Origin: Isurus oxyrinchus
Taxonomy: Eukaryota
Direction: 5' to 3'
DNA: 64,000 nt
NCBI GenBank assembly: GCA_026770705.1
Contig: JANJGN010000004.1
Span: 173,166,001-173,230,000, forward strand
The notes below the pieces were generated by a model. That model saw only the letters and a list, made by a program, of their open reading frames with translations, searched no databases and was not told the DNA's origin. Within the stretch, counting starts at the first letter, position 1. Each line of letters begins with the position of its first letter. Positions 1 to 11,906 of the stretch are shown here, piece after piece. Both the position numbers and the translations under genes were made by a program.

Positions 1-97
1 AATAATGAGAGGAAATTATTCATACAATGGAAATTATAGCTGCTGTGTTGGTCCGTGTTTTATTCTCAACGTAAACTCTTGTAGATGTGCATGTTGT

Positions 98-497
98 GTG
101 GGGAAATGGTTATGTAGTGGTAATGTTGCTGGGCGAGCAATCTAGAGGCCCAGGCTAATCCCCTGGGGACATGGGTTTGAATCCCACAAAGGCAGTTGGT
201 GGAATATAAATCCAATCAATTTATCTGGAATATCAAGCTAGTTGATGACCATGACAATTATCAGTGATTGTTGTAAAAACCTTTCTGATTCACTCATGTC
301 CTTTAGGGAAGGAAACCTGCCATCCCTTACCTGGTCTGGCCTACATGTTACCGACAGACCCTCAACAATGTGGTTGACTCTTAACTGCTCTCTGAAATGA
401 CCTAGCAAGCCACTCAGTTCAGGGGCAATTAAGGATGAGCAACAAATGCCGGACTTGACAGAGATGCCCAAATGCCATGAAAGAATAAAGAAAATAA
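98..497 (+). mobile_element. tRNA-headed SINE (family sharing 5' and 3' ends with the LINE at 21350-24575), long-body variant
   Basis: A-box-like TTATGTAGTGG and B-box GGTTTGAATCC; body ATGTCCTTTAGGGAAGGAAACCTGCC...CTAGCAAGCCACTCAGTT; tail GGGCAATTAAGGATGAGCAACAAATGC... ending A-rich. Confidence 0.85.
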
Positions 498-2619
498 ATG
501 TGCTTCTTGCAAATAAATCTTACTTTAATTCTGTCATGCTTTTGGGATTGTCTCACTGTCAACAATTAACATTGAAACCTGCTCTGTCAAACTGCCATGA
601 TCAGAGGTTTTAATGCCAATTTATGAAGTAAACAACAACCTGCCCTATTCTATTTGCAGGGCTTCCACCACTCGTGGAATACTAGTGTTCTCCCAGTCTC
701 CTCTCTTAGCTTCCCATGCCTGGATCTTCGCCGTCTCTGGCCTCATTCCCTTTACCTGCCCCCCGACTCCCCCACATGGCATAAGCAAAACTGTTATGAA
801 GAACAGAATGAGGACAATATATTTATAGTTATATTTATGTTTATAATTAAAAAACACAAGTGTAATGCATCCCTGTGACTTTATAAAATTCATGATTTAA
901 TGCATCAAATGTATGAAAGTCGAAGTTAGAAAAGTTGCTTGCTTCTGACCTGGAGTTAGACATTTATAAGCACCTTCCAATTGCAAACTTCTCTAATTAA
1001 CAGCTGAACCGCAGGCTTTGATTATTTTGTAAATCCACCAAATCTCAATGCAAATGCTTAGAGAGCAGACACAAAATTGGAATTGGTAATATCTGTTGGT
1101 TGAGCGCAATGAGTGCCATTTAGAGGCCAAAATGGTGTCTGATGCTCTCACACGTGGACTTCTGCCATGACTCGTGCTGGATATGATCTTATTAAAAGAC
1201 AAATGGGGGCATCCTTTCCCCACATATGAAACAAGCTGTATTTAATTTGCATATGCAAATAAGGGACTAACACCTATCTATAGTCCCTGTTGCACTTTTG
1301 GGTTGGCCTGAGGCAGTCAGTACCAGTGCTGACTGCCTCCTGGAATATCAACGATAAACATCACATAGCTGAAAAGTTACTCTAATCAACAGACCTCCTG
1401 CTCTGAACACCCTCTTGACTCCGACCCCCAAGACACCTTCTCCACCAATATCCATCTGACCCCGGCTCCATCTCCAAGCCCCTTCACACTACTGACACAC
1501 TCATGAGGCCTGCGATCATTGTACCAATCCCTTACAGCATTCCCACTCCTGCAACAGTATTCCTGAGGACTATAAGCTTCTGACCTGATCTACCATGAAT
1601 CCTGATCATAAACTTTGAAGAACATCCATTCCTTTTCCACGCCATTACGATCAACCCAATCACGTTCCTAGATATTAGAGCACTAACATGTGTGTGCATT
1701 GCAGCACTATCCCTCATAAGATGAAGTCCAAGGGCCAAAACCTAGAGCTTCTCAAACATATCCATTTAAAGTGCAGTTGTTACTCTGTGTCAGTAGGTTG
1801 CCAAAAAACAGGTCTCCTCAAATTTTTAAGCCCAGGGAGCCCTCCTATCCCACTTTCTACACTTTTACATGTTTGGCTATTGGGAAAAGACCTATCCACT
1901 CCCGTATGCAGGCATAAACATAGAGCTCTCCGCTGGTTGCTGCTCATTTATTCCAGCAAATGAGGGTCAGGTGGCAGGTTGGCAATGTAAATATTTTAAT
2001 GAGGTTGACAACCTGTGCTTTAAATTGCTTTGGCTAAATTTTCCAGGCCTTGTAAAATTGTGCAGCTGAAGGGAGATGAGGGCAGCTTTGGCACTTGTTT
2101 TTTGCCAGGAGTAGCAGGGCTATTTCCCCTGTCCCAACTTCCCCAGCATCAGACACTCACCCCATCTCCCCAGGATCACATTCCACCCTGGGTAGTGGAA
2201 TGGGCCTAGCTGATCCTGCAGACTGCTCTTGAGTTCTCCCTGCTCAATTGGACAGGAAGCCTGTCAAGTACAAAAAGCAGATGATGTGGAGTTAAAACTC
2301 ACACAGTCTACATAACATACCCTAATAATATTTAGACCCAGAGTCCAAAACTGAAATATAAACCAGGAATTGTATATTAGATTTGAATCATGCATAGCAA
2401 GCAAAATATTTATAGGGAGAGGAATCTAGGATTAAGAGGGAGAGGAATGAAAAATACAAACAAAGTGAAAAAAAATGTAGATTTTAAAACATTGAACACT
2501 AATGAAACTCTAAAGGAATGAATCTCCACACTTATTAAATTAAATTCTCAGGGCCAGAGAGGTAGTTTGGCAGTAAATATGACACATTACACCATGACAA
2601 ATTTACTTACTCCTCTGCT

Positions 2620-3374
2620 CTAAAGTATAAAATAGAACCCACAACTTGAGAGGGAGAGCTGCTTGAATTTAACAAGGTTGAAGTCAGGCCAGAAGAGTTA
2701 AAAGAGGTCCAGGAAAGATCAGTAGAATTTAAAACAGCCCAGCAGAATATCCCAAAATGTGGGCTGGCAGATACAGCCATCCCAGAATTAACCAGAAACA
2801 GAGAAGGCCCAGAACAAGAAAAGAGATAATGAAGGAGATGCCCCACTTAGACAAAGAGCCTGAGGGAAGGCTACTCATTAAAACAGGAAAGATAAATGTT
2901 AAAGAATTGCCTATAGTATAGCTGATAGATACCTTCTCTGCAAATTTAAATCGGGACAAAAGGGATTTCCCAAGCAGGCATACAGATAGGGAGTGAGATT
3001 CCTCACCGACCGAAAGGCCACTAGAGAGCACAGCCTGCTTGAGTTCTGAAATCAAAATCTCTGCCTAAGCCTGATCTCCAACAGCTAAAAATTCAAAACT
3101 CTAACCCTCTTTACCCACTAAAGACAGATTTTGGCTCCAGGTCAACCTTAGCACTATACACATGACAGGAAAGGAAAATATCTTTGCTGACACCATATCC
3201 CAGGTTTAAAATACAGATATGCAGCAGGGAACTGACATATCCTCTGCTAGCTGTGTGTTTGACTTTTCAGTATGAAGGAGAGAATGATTGCAGAGCTCTC
3301 TATTTCCTAATTTTCTTTCACAAGACTTCATGAAAAAAAAAGAATTAATTTTTTTTCTCTGAGAGCGGGCGGAC
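2620..3374 (+). mobile_element. Internal remnant of a Gypsy-type LTR retroelement (RNase H C-terminus followed by a PPT-like tract)
   Basis: 3126-3209 translates RFWLQVNLSTIHMTGKENIFADTISQV*, matching the Ty3/Gypsy RNase H end motif (H..GK.N..AD.LS). Purine-rich GAGAGCGGGCGGAC lies just before the TGTT that starts the LTR. The 5' boundary is uncertain. Confidence 0.6.
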
Positions 3375-5232
3375 TGTTCTGTTCCTACAGCACGGAAAAG
3401 AAACCTACCACTATATATTTAAAAAGTTTAGCCTTATTGCTATTTTTATTTTGAAGTAGATATTTTCTGCAAAGACAATTAAGATGGCTGCTACAAGTCA
3501 CCTGATCTCAGGGTTTACCCTCTGTCTGGGAGCTATCCCCTAGAGTTTCAAGGAGAAAAGGATTATTCTTCTCAGTTTCTGGAATATCATACCTTGTTAT
3601 ACCTAGAGAGCTACTGACAGACTCAAATCCCATCTGTGACTGTTCAGGCTAAATTCAAAGCGAACAATGGGGATGTCACTTGCATTTGATAAGCCGATCC
3701 TGCTAACTGAGTCAGTTGGTCTGCTGAGATAATGGCCAGAAATTTCCCCCTGTTGGGGGGGTTGTGCGGGGACGGGCGGGGTAGGCGGGGGCGGGTGCGA
3801 ACCCAATTGATGCCCCCGATCGGGGCTGTGCCGCCATTTTATGTGGGTGGGCCACCTATCATGATGTGTGCCCAGAAGCGCTGTGCGCCCCCTATGCAGA
3901 TGGGGGTGGGGGGAGAGGAGATTCCCTGAGTGGTTCTCTGCGCTCTTTCACACATGTGTGCGAAAGAGCGCAAAGATCTCCCTGAGGCATGGAGGTGCCT
4001 CAGGGAGATTTGTTTCAGTCTTAAACTTTAAAATAAAGGATTTTTAAACTTATAAAACATGCCCCCTCATGTGGCACTATCACATGAACTGGGAAATGTC
4101 AAAGAATAAATGTATAAATTTTTATTAGATTTTAAAACCATTCATGAAACCTCATCCAGCCTGTGGATGAGGTTTCATGAAAAATGTGAAGGCCACCTGG
4201 GCTTTTTGCCTGCCCTCCAACCTTAAGGTTGGACGGGCAGCTCATTAAATTGAGCTAATTGGTTTTTAACAGGCCTTAACAGGCCTTTGACAGTTTGGCG
4301 AGCGTGCAGCTGACTCAGCTGTGCGCCTGCTGAACTGACAAACTAAATGACCCGTGGTGATGTCGGGACACACACCTGGCCCTGTCTCCCGCTCAACGAT
4401 GGGAAATTCTGCCCGATGGCTTTCCAAATGCCAGGCACACCTTTCAACAACTAATGACTGAGACATTATCAGTCCTGAAAGCAAAGCCAATTCCAGACGT
4501 TGGATAAATGTCCCGATTGTAGTCATTGTGGAGAAACAAGGTCACATGACCCAAGCCTCTAGCCTTTTGGACAGTTTAATATTGCCTCTCTGGCTTTTAC
4601 AGGCAGACTGCTGTTTTAACACCAACAGGACAGAACTCCAGCAGCCAGGCGAGGTAAGCAGTCTCAACTCCACAAAGCCTGCTTGATTCTAAAAGTCTCT
4701 GATCAATGCCTGTCAAGTGGCCTAAACACAGAAAAGCCCTTCATGTAGCAGCATTGTTTGTATCAAGTATTTTCATATCATTTAACCAAGCAAAGAGTCA
4801 TTGGAAAAGAACCTCACCACAAAAGAAACACTCTCTAGACTCTGACCTCAGATGCTGGAACTCACATGAACTAATATTCTTTTCTTTTGTCTTTATACTG
4901 AAAAACTTATTTTCTCTATCCAACCTCCAGCACCCCCAAATCCCCACCCCTCCAACTACCCCACTTTTACTGTGTGAATGTGTAGAGTGGGAAGTGGTGA
5001 GCGCTCCTTTTTTCCAGGTTTTTTGAATGTGTAAAATAAATGACATTCTAAGTAATCCTAACTAGAGTTTGCTGTGGATTATTAGAAAAATTGGATCACA
5101 AAAACAGAGGGATTAGAAAAAACATGCCATTGCCTATTCTTCTAAAAACTAATTCAAAACAACTTCCGCTTACAGACAGGCGGTAAGAGGAAATCAGTGC
5201 AATTTGAAACTGCCCCTCTCCTGTCCATAACA
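3375..5232 (+). mobile_element. LTR (family A), probable 3' LTR, interrupted by a MITE
   Basis: Starts TGTT, ends CTCCTGTCCATAACA; AATAAA near 5035. The terminal ~50 bp match 53755-53802 and the reverse complement of 5780-5833. Confidence 0.7.
3734..4414. mobile_element. PIF/Harbinger-like MITE
   Basis: TIRs GGCCAGAAATTTCCC / GGGAAATTCTGCCC; internal hairpins at about 3974-4010 and 4141-4181; same family as 30673-31270. Confidence 0.75.
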
Positions 5233-5413
5233 CCACGTTTAGCTGAACATGTGGAAATTCCTATTTGATTCTCTTAATGCTCTTAGCCTCACCATTATAC
5301 TCAAAGCAAAACCTGAGCGCTTGTGTTTCATATTAATTCAATCTGAGGCAACCTTTACTGTATTTTCTACAATTTTGTTGATGATATTACCATTTATATG
5401 ACAATGCAGAAAA

Positions 5414-5779
5414 TTGCCAAGGTATGACCTATCCACAAAAAAGCATGGCAAATCCAATCTGGCCAATTACTATCCCATCAGTCTACTCTCAATCATGAGT
5501 AAAGTGATGGAAGGTGTTAATTACAATACTATCAAGTGGCACTTACGCAATAATAACCTGCTCACCGATGCTCAGTTTAGCTTCTGCCAGGGCCACTCAG
5601 CTCCTGACCTCATTACAGCCTTTGTCTGAACATGGTCAAAAGAGCTAAATTCAGAAGGTGAATTGAGAGTGATTGCCCTTGAATTCAAGATTTGACCGAA
5701 TGTGGCATCAAGGAGCCTAACTGACATGAAGACAATAGGAATCAGGCAGAAAACTCTGCATTTGTTGGAGTCACACCTA
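5414..5779 (+). mobile_element. Fragment of the tRNA-headed LINE family (RT N-terminal part); continues at 9243
   Basis: KSNLANYYPISLLSIMSKVMEG...LTDAQFSFCQGHSAPDLITA, homologous to 22531-22854. It breaks at GAGTCACACCTA and resumes at CAAAGGAAG. Confidence 0.85.
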
Positions 5780-8700
5780 TGTTATGGTCAGGAGGGAGTT
5801 TAATTTAAACAGCCCTGATTTCTCCTCTCACCACAACATCATAGAATTCTTCCTTAGGTTGGGAAGTGAAGTAGTCCAATTCAAATCTAGGGTCCTAAAG
5901 GACAGTGGTAATGTAAAGGGCAGAGAGGGCAAAAGTTCTTCGATTGTGCTCAGGAAAATTTTCTACAGCATTATCTGTCCAATCCAACAAAACAATATGC
6001 ACTCCTGGACCTGGTTCTTGGAAATGAGGTGGTTCCAAGTAGACCAAAGGTTAGTGGGGGAACATTTAGGAGACAGTGATCATTGTATTATATGCTTTAG
6101 GATGATGATAGAAAAGGACTATAGACAATCCAGAATAAGGATACTGAACTGGATGAGAGCCAAATTTGAGGGGGAAAGAATGGAGCTGGGTCAGATAGAC
6201 GGGAATGAAAGATTGGTGGGAAAAGCTGTAGCTGAGCAATGGGCTACCTTCAAAAAAGAATTGATTCTGGCACAGTCAAGGTATATTCCATCGAAAGGGA
6301 AAGGTAGGGCAAATAAATCCATAGTTCCCTAGATAAAAAAGAAGATAAAAATTTAGATAAAGAAGAAAAAGTGTGCTTATGACAAGTGTCAGTTAGAAAA
6401 TACAATGAGAATCAAGAGGAATACAGAAGGTTGAAAGTGGAGGTGAAAAAGCATATTAGAGAAGCAAGGAGGGATTATGAGAAAAGACTGGCAGCCAACA
6501 TAGAGGGGAATCTCAAAGTCTCCTATAGGCATATAAAAAGTAAAAAGATGGTAAAAGGAGGAGTATGGCTGAGTAGAGACCTAAAAGGGAATTTACACAT
6601 GGATGAAGAGGCCATAGCAGAGGTATTAATATTTTGCATCCATCTTTACCTAAGAGGTAGATGCTACCCAGACCATGGTGACAGATGAGGAGACTCTGTC
6701 AGTAGAAGGGTTCAAAATTGATAAGGAGGGAGTGTTGAATAGACCGTTGGTACTTAAATTTGACAAGGCACTGGGACCGGATGAGATGCATCCAAGGATA
6801 TTGAAGGAAGTGAGAATAGAAATTGCAAGGGTACTGGCCATAATTTTTCAGTCTTCCCTAAACTAAAGGGAGGTGCCAGAGGACTGGAGAATTGCAAACA
6901 TTACACCCTTGTTCAAAAAATGTTGTAAGGATAAGCCCAGCAATTATAGACCAGTCAGCTTAACTTCAGTGCTCGGCAAGATTCTAGAAACAATTATTCA
7001 GGATAGAATTAGTACTCACATGGTAAAATATGGGCTGATAAGGAAGGCACAGCATGGGTTTCTAAAGGGGAAATACTTGCTGGAGTTTTTTGAACAGGTA
7101 ACAGAAAAGGACAATGAGGGTAATGTTGTTGATATAATGTACATGGACTTTCAAAAGGCATTTGATACAGTTCCACACAACAAACGTGTGAGAAAAATTA
7201 TTGCTCATGGAATGAAAGGGACTGTAGCAACATGGATACAAAATTGGCTGCAAAATAGGAATCAGAGAGTAATGGTCAACGGATATTTTTCAGCTGGGGG
7301 ATGGTTTACACTGCAGTTTCCCAGGGGTCGGTATTGGAACACTTGCTTTTCCTGATATATATTAATGATCTAGATTTTGGTGTACAGGGGACAATTTCAA
7401 AGTTTGTGGATGATATGAAGCTTGAGAGTGTTGTGTGCTGTGAGGAGATAAGTGTAGAACTACTAAAGGACATAAACAAGTTGGTGGAGTGGGCAGATAG
7501 GTGGCAGATGAAGTTCAATGTGGAGAAGTGTGAGGTGATGCATTTTGCTAGGAAGAACATGGACAGACAATATAAAATAAGGGGTGAAATTTTGAAGGGA
7601 GTGCAGGAGTAGAAAGACCTGTGTATATATGTGCTTGGATCATTGAAGGAGGCAGGACAGGTGAAGACTGCAGTTAATAAAGCATATAGTATCCTCAGCT
7701 TTATTAATAGGGGCATAGAGTAGAAGAGCAAGGAGGTTATGCTGAATTAATATAAAACATTCATTAGACCTCAGCTGGAGTATTGTGTACAGTTCTGGGC
7801 GCCACATTATAGGAAGAATGTGAACAGATTGGAGAGAGTGCAGAAGATGTTTACAAGAATGGTTCCAGGATGAGAAACTTCAGCTTTGAGGATAGATTGG
7901 AGAGGTTGGGACTGTTCTCTTGCAGAGAAGAAGGCTAAGAGGAGATTTGATAGAGATGTTCAAGATCATGAGGGAGCTGCACAGAGTAGATAGGGAGAAG
8001 CTCTTCCTGCCTGTAAAAGGATCAAGAACGAACGACACAGATTTAAAGCAATTTACAAAAGTAGCAAATGTGATGTGAGAAAAAATCATTTTCACACAGC
8101 GAGTGGTTCATGTCTGGAATGCACTGCCTGGAAGAGTGGTGGAGGCATTCAAGAGGGCATTCAATCATTATTTGAATAGAAACAATGTGCAGGGGTGCAG
8201 GAAAAAGACAGGCAACGGCACTAGATCATAATGCTCATTTGGATAGCCAGTGCTGATGTAAAGGGCTGAATGGCCTCCCTCAGTGCCATTAAAATTCTGT
8301 GATTCTGTAGCCATTCAGTTTATCTCTACCCGCTCTGCTCCACTACCCATTAAGGCATCCTTTGGGGGGCTACTCATATGGAGCTGTAAAAGGCCAATTG
8401 GATTGTACACAATCTCCAGCACTAAGGGAGGGGGAGCATTGCTGTGTTACCATTGTACATTCATACAATAAAATAGAGAAAGAAGGAGGTACAGGGCAAA
8501 GACTAGAGAGAAAATAAGTAATGTTTCATGTGAGTCCAGAATCAAAAGTCCAATGGTGTATTCCTTCCTAGAGATCAGCAGACTGAACCTGACACTGGAT
8601 AATCCACCTTTCAAGTAGAGATGACTTCTACAATGAGATGGATATGTAGAGATGAATTAGACTTGTAAGCACTGGTACAGGAGTTCCATTGAAATCAGTG

Positions 8701-9240
8701 TGGATGGGGCCAGGCATTCATTTGGTCTGAGCCTTGTTCTGAGCTGCTTGCTAGAAGGAAGATGGCAATCTTCTTAATAGCTCCACAAGGCAGGTAACGT
8801 CCTCCCCCATCTGGAGGGGGTCATGTGACATAACTCCCACTTCTCCACTTTTGTTTGAAAAAGCAAGTATACTCCTTTGTCTGAATTCTCGAGATGGTTA
8901 ATGTTTCAATCATTAATAATTTCAGAAGAGATTTTGGGGTTCTTTGTCCAAACAAGCTTCCATCTCTGTTGGCCAGGCTTTGGCCTTAGGAATGTACATG
9001 GTCCTTGTACAATTCCCTTGGATTTGATCTCTGCAGTCACAGGGATCATTAGCGGCTCTATAAAGATAATGAGGTGGCAGCTGTTCTGAATGCCAGGAAG
9101 CTCATTTTGTTTGAACCATAGCCAGTCATGGTTTCAGTCATTTTAAAAATATTGTCCGGTTTTTAAGATTTTATAAATTAGCCATGCTGATACATATGTA
9201 ATAAAAATATGGAGTGAGGTCTTAGCCCACTGACAATTAA
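5780..9240 (-). mobile_element. LTR (family A), antisense, inserted in the LINE and itself interrupted by a CR1
   Basis: 5780-5833 is the reverse complement of the family A LTR end. GGGGTCATGTGAC (about 8818) and 9020-9060 match 4541 and 3625-3660 in reverse. The host LINE resumes right after. Confidence 0.6.
5890..8310 (+). mobile_element. CR1 LINE, 5'-truncated ORF2 (endonuclease C-terminus plus RT) with 3' UTR
   Basis: Frameshifted peptides HLGDSDH, KALGPDEMHPRILKE, PEDWRIANITPLFKK, NYRPVSLTS, YMDFQKAFD, SQGSVL...YINDLD, KFVDD; tail ATTCTGTGATTCTGT. Confidence 0.95.
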
Positions 9241-9242
9241 CA

Positions 9243-10160
9243 CAAAGGAAGTTGGTTGTGATTGTTGGAGGTCAATCATGTCAGCCCCAGGCCATTGTTG
9301 CAATAGTCCCTCAGTGTAATGTCCTAGGTCCAACCATCTTCAGCTACTTCACAGTTGACCTTCCCTTTGTTATAAGCCCAGAAGTGGGTTTGTTCGCTGA
9401 TGGTTGTACAATGTTCAGCACTGTTCACTGCTGTTCATACTGAAGGAGTCCATTTCCATGTACAAGACCCAGACAACATTCAGGCTTGGGCAGATAAGTG
9501 GCAAACAACATTCATGTCACACAAGTTCCAGGCAATGACGATCTCCAATAAGAGAGAATCTAATCAACTCCCCTTGACATTACTATCACTGAATATGCCA
9601 CCATCAAAATCTGGGGGCTTGCCATTGACCTGCAATGTATTTTGACCAGCCATATAAGTACTGTGGCTACAAGAGCTGGTTTAGAGGCTGGGAATTCTGT
9701 GGTAATTAACTGAAGTCTCTGATAACTCACCTCCTGACTTCCCATCACCTACAAGGCACAGGTCAGGAATGTGATGGAATACGCTCCACTTGCCTGGATG
9801 ACTGCAACTCAAGAAGCTTGGCATCATCCAGAATAAAGCAGCTTCCTTGATCGGCCCATCATCCACTACCTTAAACATTCCCTCCACTGATCACAGTGAC
9901 AATAATGGCTCATCAAGCTTCCTTTGGACAGCACCTTCCAAACCCGTGACCTCTACCACCTAAATGACAAGGGCAGCAGGGAACACCACGACTGCAAGTT
10001 TCCCTCCAAGCCAGACACCTGACTTGGACCTATATCTCTGGTGCTTCACTGTCACTGGGTCAAAATTTTGGAGGTCCCTTCCTAACAGTACTGTGGGTGC
10101 ACCTACACCAGATAGGCTGCAGCAGTTCAGGAAGGTAGCTCACCAACACCTTCTAAAGGC
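9243..10160 (+). mobile_element. Continuation of the tRNA-headed LINE fragment (RT core to near the 3' end)
   Basis: VVIVGGQ...VPQCNVLGPTIFS...FADGCTMFST, DNIQAWADKWQ, homologous to 54075-55278 and 21400-22400. Confidence 0.85.
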
Positions 10161-10280
10161 CTTCTTCAGAGCTGAAGAAGAGTCATACTTGAAACTTTAA
10201 CTCTGTTTCTCTCTCCACAGATGCTGTCAGACCTTTGGTTTTCCAGCATTTTTTCTTTTCATTTATGTTTATTTTCAAGT
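10161..10280 (+). mobile_element. Penelope-like element terminal (pLTR) fragment with a hammerhead ribozyme motif
   Basis: CAGAG CTGAAGA AGAGTCATACTT GAAAC TTTAA CTCTG followed by TTTCTCTCTCCACAGATGCTG, shared with 14050-14190. Confidence 0.7.
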
Positions 10281-11906
10281 TTGCTTCTGAGTAAAATATT
10301 CCGATTGATTATTGTTAATTTTACAGAAATGTACACAATCATAGCTATGCTGTATCAAATTTATAGTTAAAGCAAACAATACATTTCTGGAATAGATCCA
10401 GGATTGCAAAAGCCATGTTGTGCTTATGTTTGAATTAGATATAAAATTATTGACTCCTAAATCATTAAAATGATTACAACCTCAGGGGAACGTGGGCACG
10501 TTAGTTGTGTTTTGATTTCCCTGTGCATGACTCTTAATTTGATTGTTAAACCCTTTCAGATTATGGCTCAGCTTCTCAATTAACATTTTACATTAGAGTC
10601 ATTGGACATTTTCGGGAGGTAAATATGTACTGAAAAGAACTCTTAGTATTCTGCCTGTCAAAACAATAATCCAATATCGCCACAATTTATATTGGAGAAC
10701 TTTGTCAAATTTGATTATGGGCATTTTGGAAATAATTTCAAGAAACACTGGATTGAGGCAAATTTCAAGATTAAAACAAATTAAATATTGTCATATTAAA
10801 TATATGGGCACTTCATACATATATATTGAAATGTTGATTGGTCAATTTTGCAAGATGGCAATGCAACTTTACAAGAGTTTTATAAGTTTTAAATTTTATT
10901 TTACTATATCTAAATACTATGAAATGTTATTAAAATTATTATGTTATGGAAATATTTTCAGTTTGTTCTTCTCACTGATGCCAAGATCAGAAAAAGAGAA
11001 TATGAAACAAGGGAAAGAGAAAACCAACTCGCAAACAACAAGGTTCCAGAAACAGCAATGAGATAAATTACCAGATAATTTGTTTTTGATGTTGATTGAG
11101 CAATAAATACTGGCCAGGTCACCAGGGGAATGATGAGTCATTGCTGAATCTTTTCTAAAGCCTTCTGAGAGTAGAATGCCAGAACTGAACATCATATTTT
11201 AGGTTTGACCAGCATTCTGAATAAGTTGTAATTGTTTCTCATGTTTACACTTTTACCACAAAGTGCAGTGCCCACTTTTTCTCCAGGTATTATTTAAGGA
11301 TTGCCAACCCATGGCTTATTGCACTGCAGGACAGGATGATGAGGCAGGTTCCAAGTCTACCTCAGCTGGAATGGAGACTGAGCTTCACGTTGTTGATGCT
11401 ATTTTGAACCATACACTTAACTTCTAGCCAACTGAGCGAACCAACCCCTCAGTGTCCCCATAGATTTCTTGATTTGTAAATAAACTTCTACTGAGTTGTG
11501 CACCTTGGCTACTGATCTGATTATTCCCTCCTCTCCTGCTACCCACCCAAGCTGTTCACAAGATCTTCTGCATTCAGATTGTACTGACATCTGCTATTCT
11601 TGCATTTGGAAGTGTGTGACCTCCCACATTATTGCACTTGCCATTGTTATACCCACATCCATAATCTAGTGCTGTCTTTCTGGAAATTGTCACCTTTATT
11701 TATGTTTTGGTTGGCTGTTTTTGGTGTAAAGATCAACAAGTAATATCCTTAAGGATGTCTGATTTACTAATAAGTAACAAATTTTGCAAATATGTCCTAC
11801 ATTTGTCACTGCCTCCCATTGGAGCTTCTTGTGTTTATGTTCACTTTCTGCCTTCTATTAATAAGTTAGTTTTAAGTCCAGAAGGGTATTTCTTTTTAAT
11901 TTCTCA

